Below are positions 61,180-64,000 of a stretch of DNA of 64,000 nucleotides, piece by piece; positions within the stretch are counted from its first letter, which is position 1, and each line of letters opens with the position of its first letter. The translations under genes were made by a program, and so were the position numbers. Under the pieces are notes generated by a model that worked only from the letters and a program-made list of their open reading frames with translations, was not told the origin of the DNA and searched no databases. This DNA is from Cladosporium halotolerans (taxonomy: Eukaryota), in assembly GCF_011745625.1 (NCBI RefSeq), contig NW_027191452.1, positions 744,001 through 808,000 of the forward strand. The letters are read 5' to 3'.

Positions 61180-62477
61180 TTATGCAGACGGGTAATGGCC
61201 TAGCGAATAGCCCCTTCCTGAGTCATCCCGGTAATGCACAGAAGACTGTTGCTGCGGAGGGCCTGGGAAGGGCTGCTCGCTTGCTGAATGCTGGTACGAG
61301 GGAGCTGGGATCGGCTGGGACGGCAAAGGCGCTTGGGGTTGTTGGTATTCGGCCGATTGCATAGGCGCAACCTGGTACTGCTGCGGAGGCACGAAGCTCT
61401 GCGTCCCCGGCGCAGCCACTGTGTAAGCTGCTGGACTGCCTGACACGGAAAGGTTTTGAAACTCCGTCTGCGGCGGGATTTGCGGAGGATGGTATGCAGT
61501 CTGGTGCTGTGCGGTGTGTTGTGCCGTGGGGTAGCTCTGCATCGGTGCGGGCCCGTAGGGCGAATGTTGTTGTGTATGCGTGTGATACTGTTGTTGGGGC
61601 TGTTGCTCTGCGGTTACTGTGTACTGATACTGGGGCGTATTTGACGGCCATTGCGGTCTTTCAGCTGCGGATGGTGTATTATAAGGCAGACTTGAAGCAT
61701 TCCGAGCGGGTGTCTGTATTTCACCCGGCATTGAAGGCATGCTTTGTGTGCTTTCGTGAGACCTCCACGTAGTGAGGTTTGCGGGAGCCGGTGCACCTGC
61801 GGCACCAGGAACGGCGAGCGGAAGATTGCTCAGTCCACTGTAGCTGCCACGAGGTACGTGCTGCTGATGGTGCCAGGAGCCTGACGGGCCCGGATGCGTC
61901 CCTGAAAAGCTTCTCGAGGTAGACGTTGAGGCGGGACGCTGTATACTTGCGCCCGAGACTTGTGCTGCAGGTGAAGAGCCATGTCCAGCTAGCAATGACG
62001 GGTCTTGGGGTCGTGAAGCTTTCGGATGTTAGTCCCACGATGTGATGATTGCTTGCCCTCGAGCAGAACGAATAGGAACTTACATGGTGGAGGTAGATCG
62101 ACCGTCAAGCCAGCTTCGCCGAGTTTCATGCGCATGTAGGCATTCTCCTCCTCAAGCTCTCTGTTACGCTGTCGCGTGGCCACGTTCACTTTTTCATTCG
62201 CATCCTGAGATCGACGAAGGTCGGAGATGGTGTTCTCCAAGCTGTCTATGTGATCTTTGGTCCGTTGCCTGATTGCGCGCTGTGCCTCTCTGTCATTTGC
62301 GCGCTTCCGTTCTAGCTGCGCAGCAGAAAGTGTGCTGACGCTTCGAGTGCCGGCTCGCGAGGCACGCTTCTTGGAGGTGCCCGATTTCTTTGGCTGCTCG
62401 GAGCCGGAAGAAGCGTAGCCATGCGATTGCGATCGCTCAAGGGCGGGGTGAAGAGAGTCCGGCGGTTGTGAATTCAT
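61180..62477 (-). CDS. bZIP transcription factor with Q/P-rich C-terminus, 2 exons
   Basis: QLERKRANDREAQRAIRQRTKDHIDSLE basic region plus zipper; donor at 62083, acceptor about 62020 or 61989 (both in frame); start could be 62537. Confidence 0.82.
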
Positions 62478-64000
62478 CGGTGACCATGTAGCAGTCGTGC
62501 TGAATGGGTTCCAAGGAGAAGCCACGACGCAAGTCATGGAAGGAAGATTCTGGACGGGTCGTGGTGGTCGGAATGTTGGCTTGTTGGCAGTCGTGCGGAA
62601 GTGAGCGACCAAAGATTTGGGGTCGCAGCAACCGAGCTACACGAGTACAGCTTCTAGGGTATGATGAAAAGCGTGCAGAATGATCGCCGCTACTGTTTTG
62701 CGCGTGCGTCCGGCTGTTAGACGTACTCAATTATCGCTACCCGAGAGGAATGGCAGGGGTGGGATCCAGCGACTATAAGTTGTCAGACCAGCAAGGAGTG
62801 CACGTGGATAGACGCATTAGCTCTATTTTGGTTTCGACACCAGGGCAGAGCGGTAGTCAGTGCAGAAACGTGGCGTGCGGCATCAAAATACCGCTAGTTG
62901 CTTAGCAATGACGAAGGCGGTGCAGATGAAACGCGATGGGTTGCCAGACGGGCGACGATGGTGAGAGGAGGGCAGTCCGAGGGAGCGAGCAGGGAGACGG
63001 GCCCTCATATCCAGGCGCAATAGTCGAAACAAACCTTCGATCGCCTGCCGCAGCTCCAGCAGGCGTGCGTCAGGCCTCGAGAGCATCGCGCGCTTGGCTA
63101 GCATGCCTAAGTCATGATCGCGCAGCCGTCACAAACCCACGATGATTGACCGCTCAGCATCCTTCGAAGCGTGCCTACAGCCTTGCCCAATCCTGCTAGG
63201 GTCCTAGCCTTCACACGCCCGCCGGCAAGGCCCTTGCTCCCCCCAATGATGAAGAAAGGGGCCCTGCGCAGGCCGTTACGGCAGCAGAGGCCGACGGCCC
63301 ACTTCGCATGATGACGATTGGAGGAACCTCTCCACTCACCCGCGCATCCAGAGGCCCACGGCAGCCAGATCTTCTGACCGCCCGTGAGGCCGCCAGCGGT
63401 GCCGCGTTGCGTTGATGTCTTCACGGTGTGAGCCCGGCATATACCCAGCAAGGTTCGACGTCCAACAGACTTCGACCTCTCCATCGCCCGAAAACCTTGC
63501 GCCTTTGGCCGGTGCCGCAACCTTCACGGCGCGTCCCCAAACCTTGCCCTCTAACCCACCGCGGCGCACGGCGGCCGCTAGAAAACGCAAGGCGCGGCCA
63601 AAGCGCACATATCGCTGTCTGCCCGCGGTGCTGTCAAGCTCGTCCAGCCACTCAAGGCGGCGGGAGCTGCGCCCGACCAAAGCCCGCTCGTGCTGCGGCC
63701 GCTCCTCAGAGGCATGCCATGGATTTAATCAAGACCACGTGCGGCTCCATGTTTGAGGCCGGCAGGCGGCTGCTCGCTCGGGGCACGTGAAGATCCGCGC
63801 TTCGAAGCGTTGCCGCAGTATAATTATCATAACGCTTCAGCGCAGATGGCCCATGGCTCCGAAGGCCCCGCTCGTCCATGCCGACGTCCGAGAGCACGAC
63901 ACAGGCATGCCCACCGTGATGGCCTGCGTGCGGTGTGTATGTAGTCTGTACGCACGACGTGATATTCACCCGTCGGGCGCAGGCAGCGGGGAGTCGGCAC

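Overview
Gene-dense, intron-containing DNA from a filamentous ascomycete (probably a Dothideomycete; inferred from gene content and intron style, not from a search). I support about 25 protein-coding genes and see no rRNA, tRNA, CRISPR or intact transposon. Housekeeping genes: GIS2/CNBP-like, DMC1, RRP7, SLN1, PhoD, EFM4, MED15, EXG1-type GH5, RPB2, RAL2-like, CDC20, a 2OG-Fe(II) oxygenase and a bZIP factor. Best lead: a five-gene cluster at 4.07-14.07 kb (PrpF/aconitate-isomerase-family enzyme, two MFS transporters, Zn2Cys6 regulator, mitochondrial tricarboxylate carrier). Its two divergent promoters share a 23-bp CGG-N11-CCG element (21/23 identical), pointing to a co-regulated organic-acid pathway, possibly trans-aconitate uptake and assimilation. 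Other leads: an unexplained array of ATTGG-N17-CTAGCTGCGG repeats between convergent genes (36.3-37.5 kb) with a same-spacing copy upstream of RRP7; a divergent UPF0261 + TIM-barrel pair (the two domains of tomato Tm-1); two spliced small secreted-protein genes only partly visible in the ORF track; and repeated local C-rich to G-rich strand-skew flips at 14.7-29 kb. Exon boundaries were read by eye and need RNA-seq confirmation.
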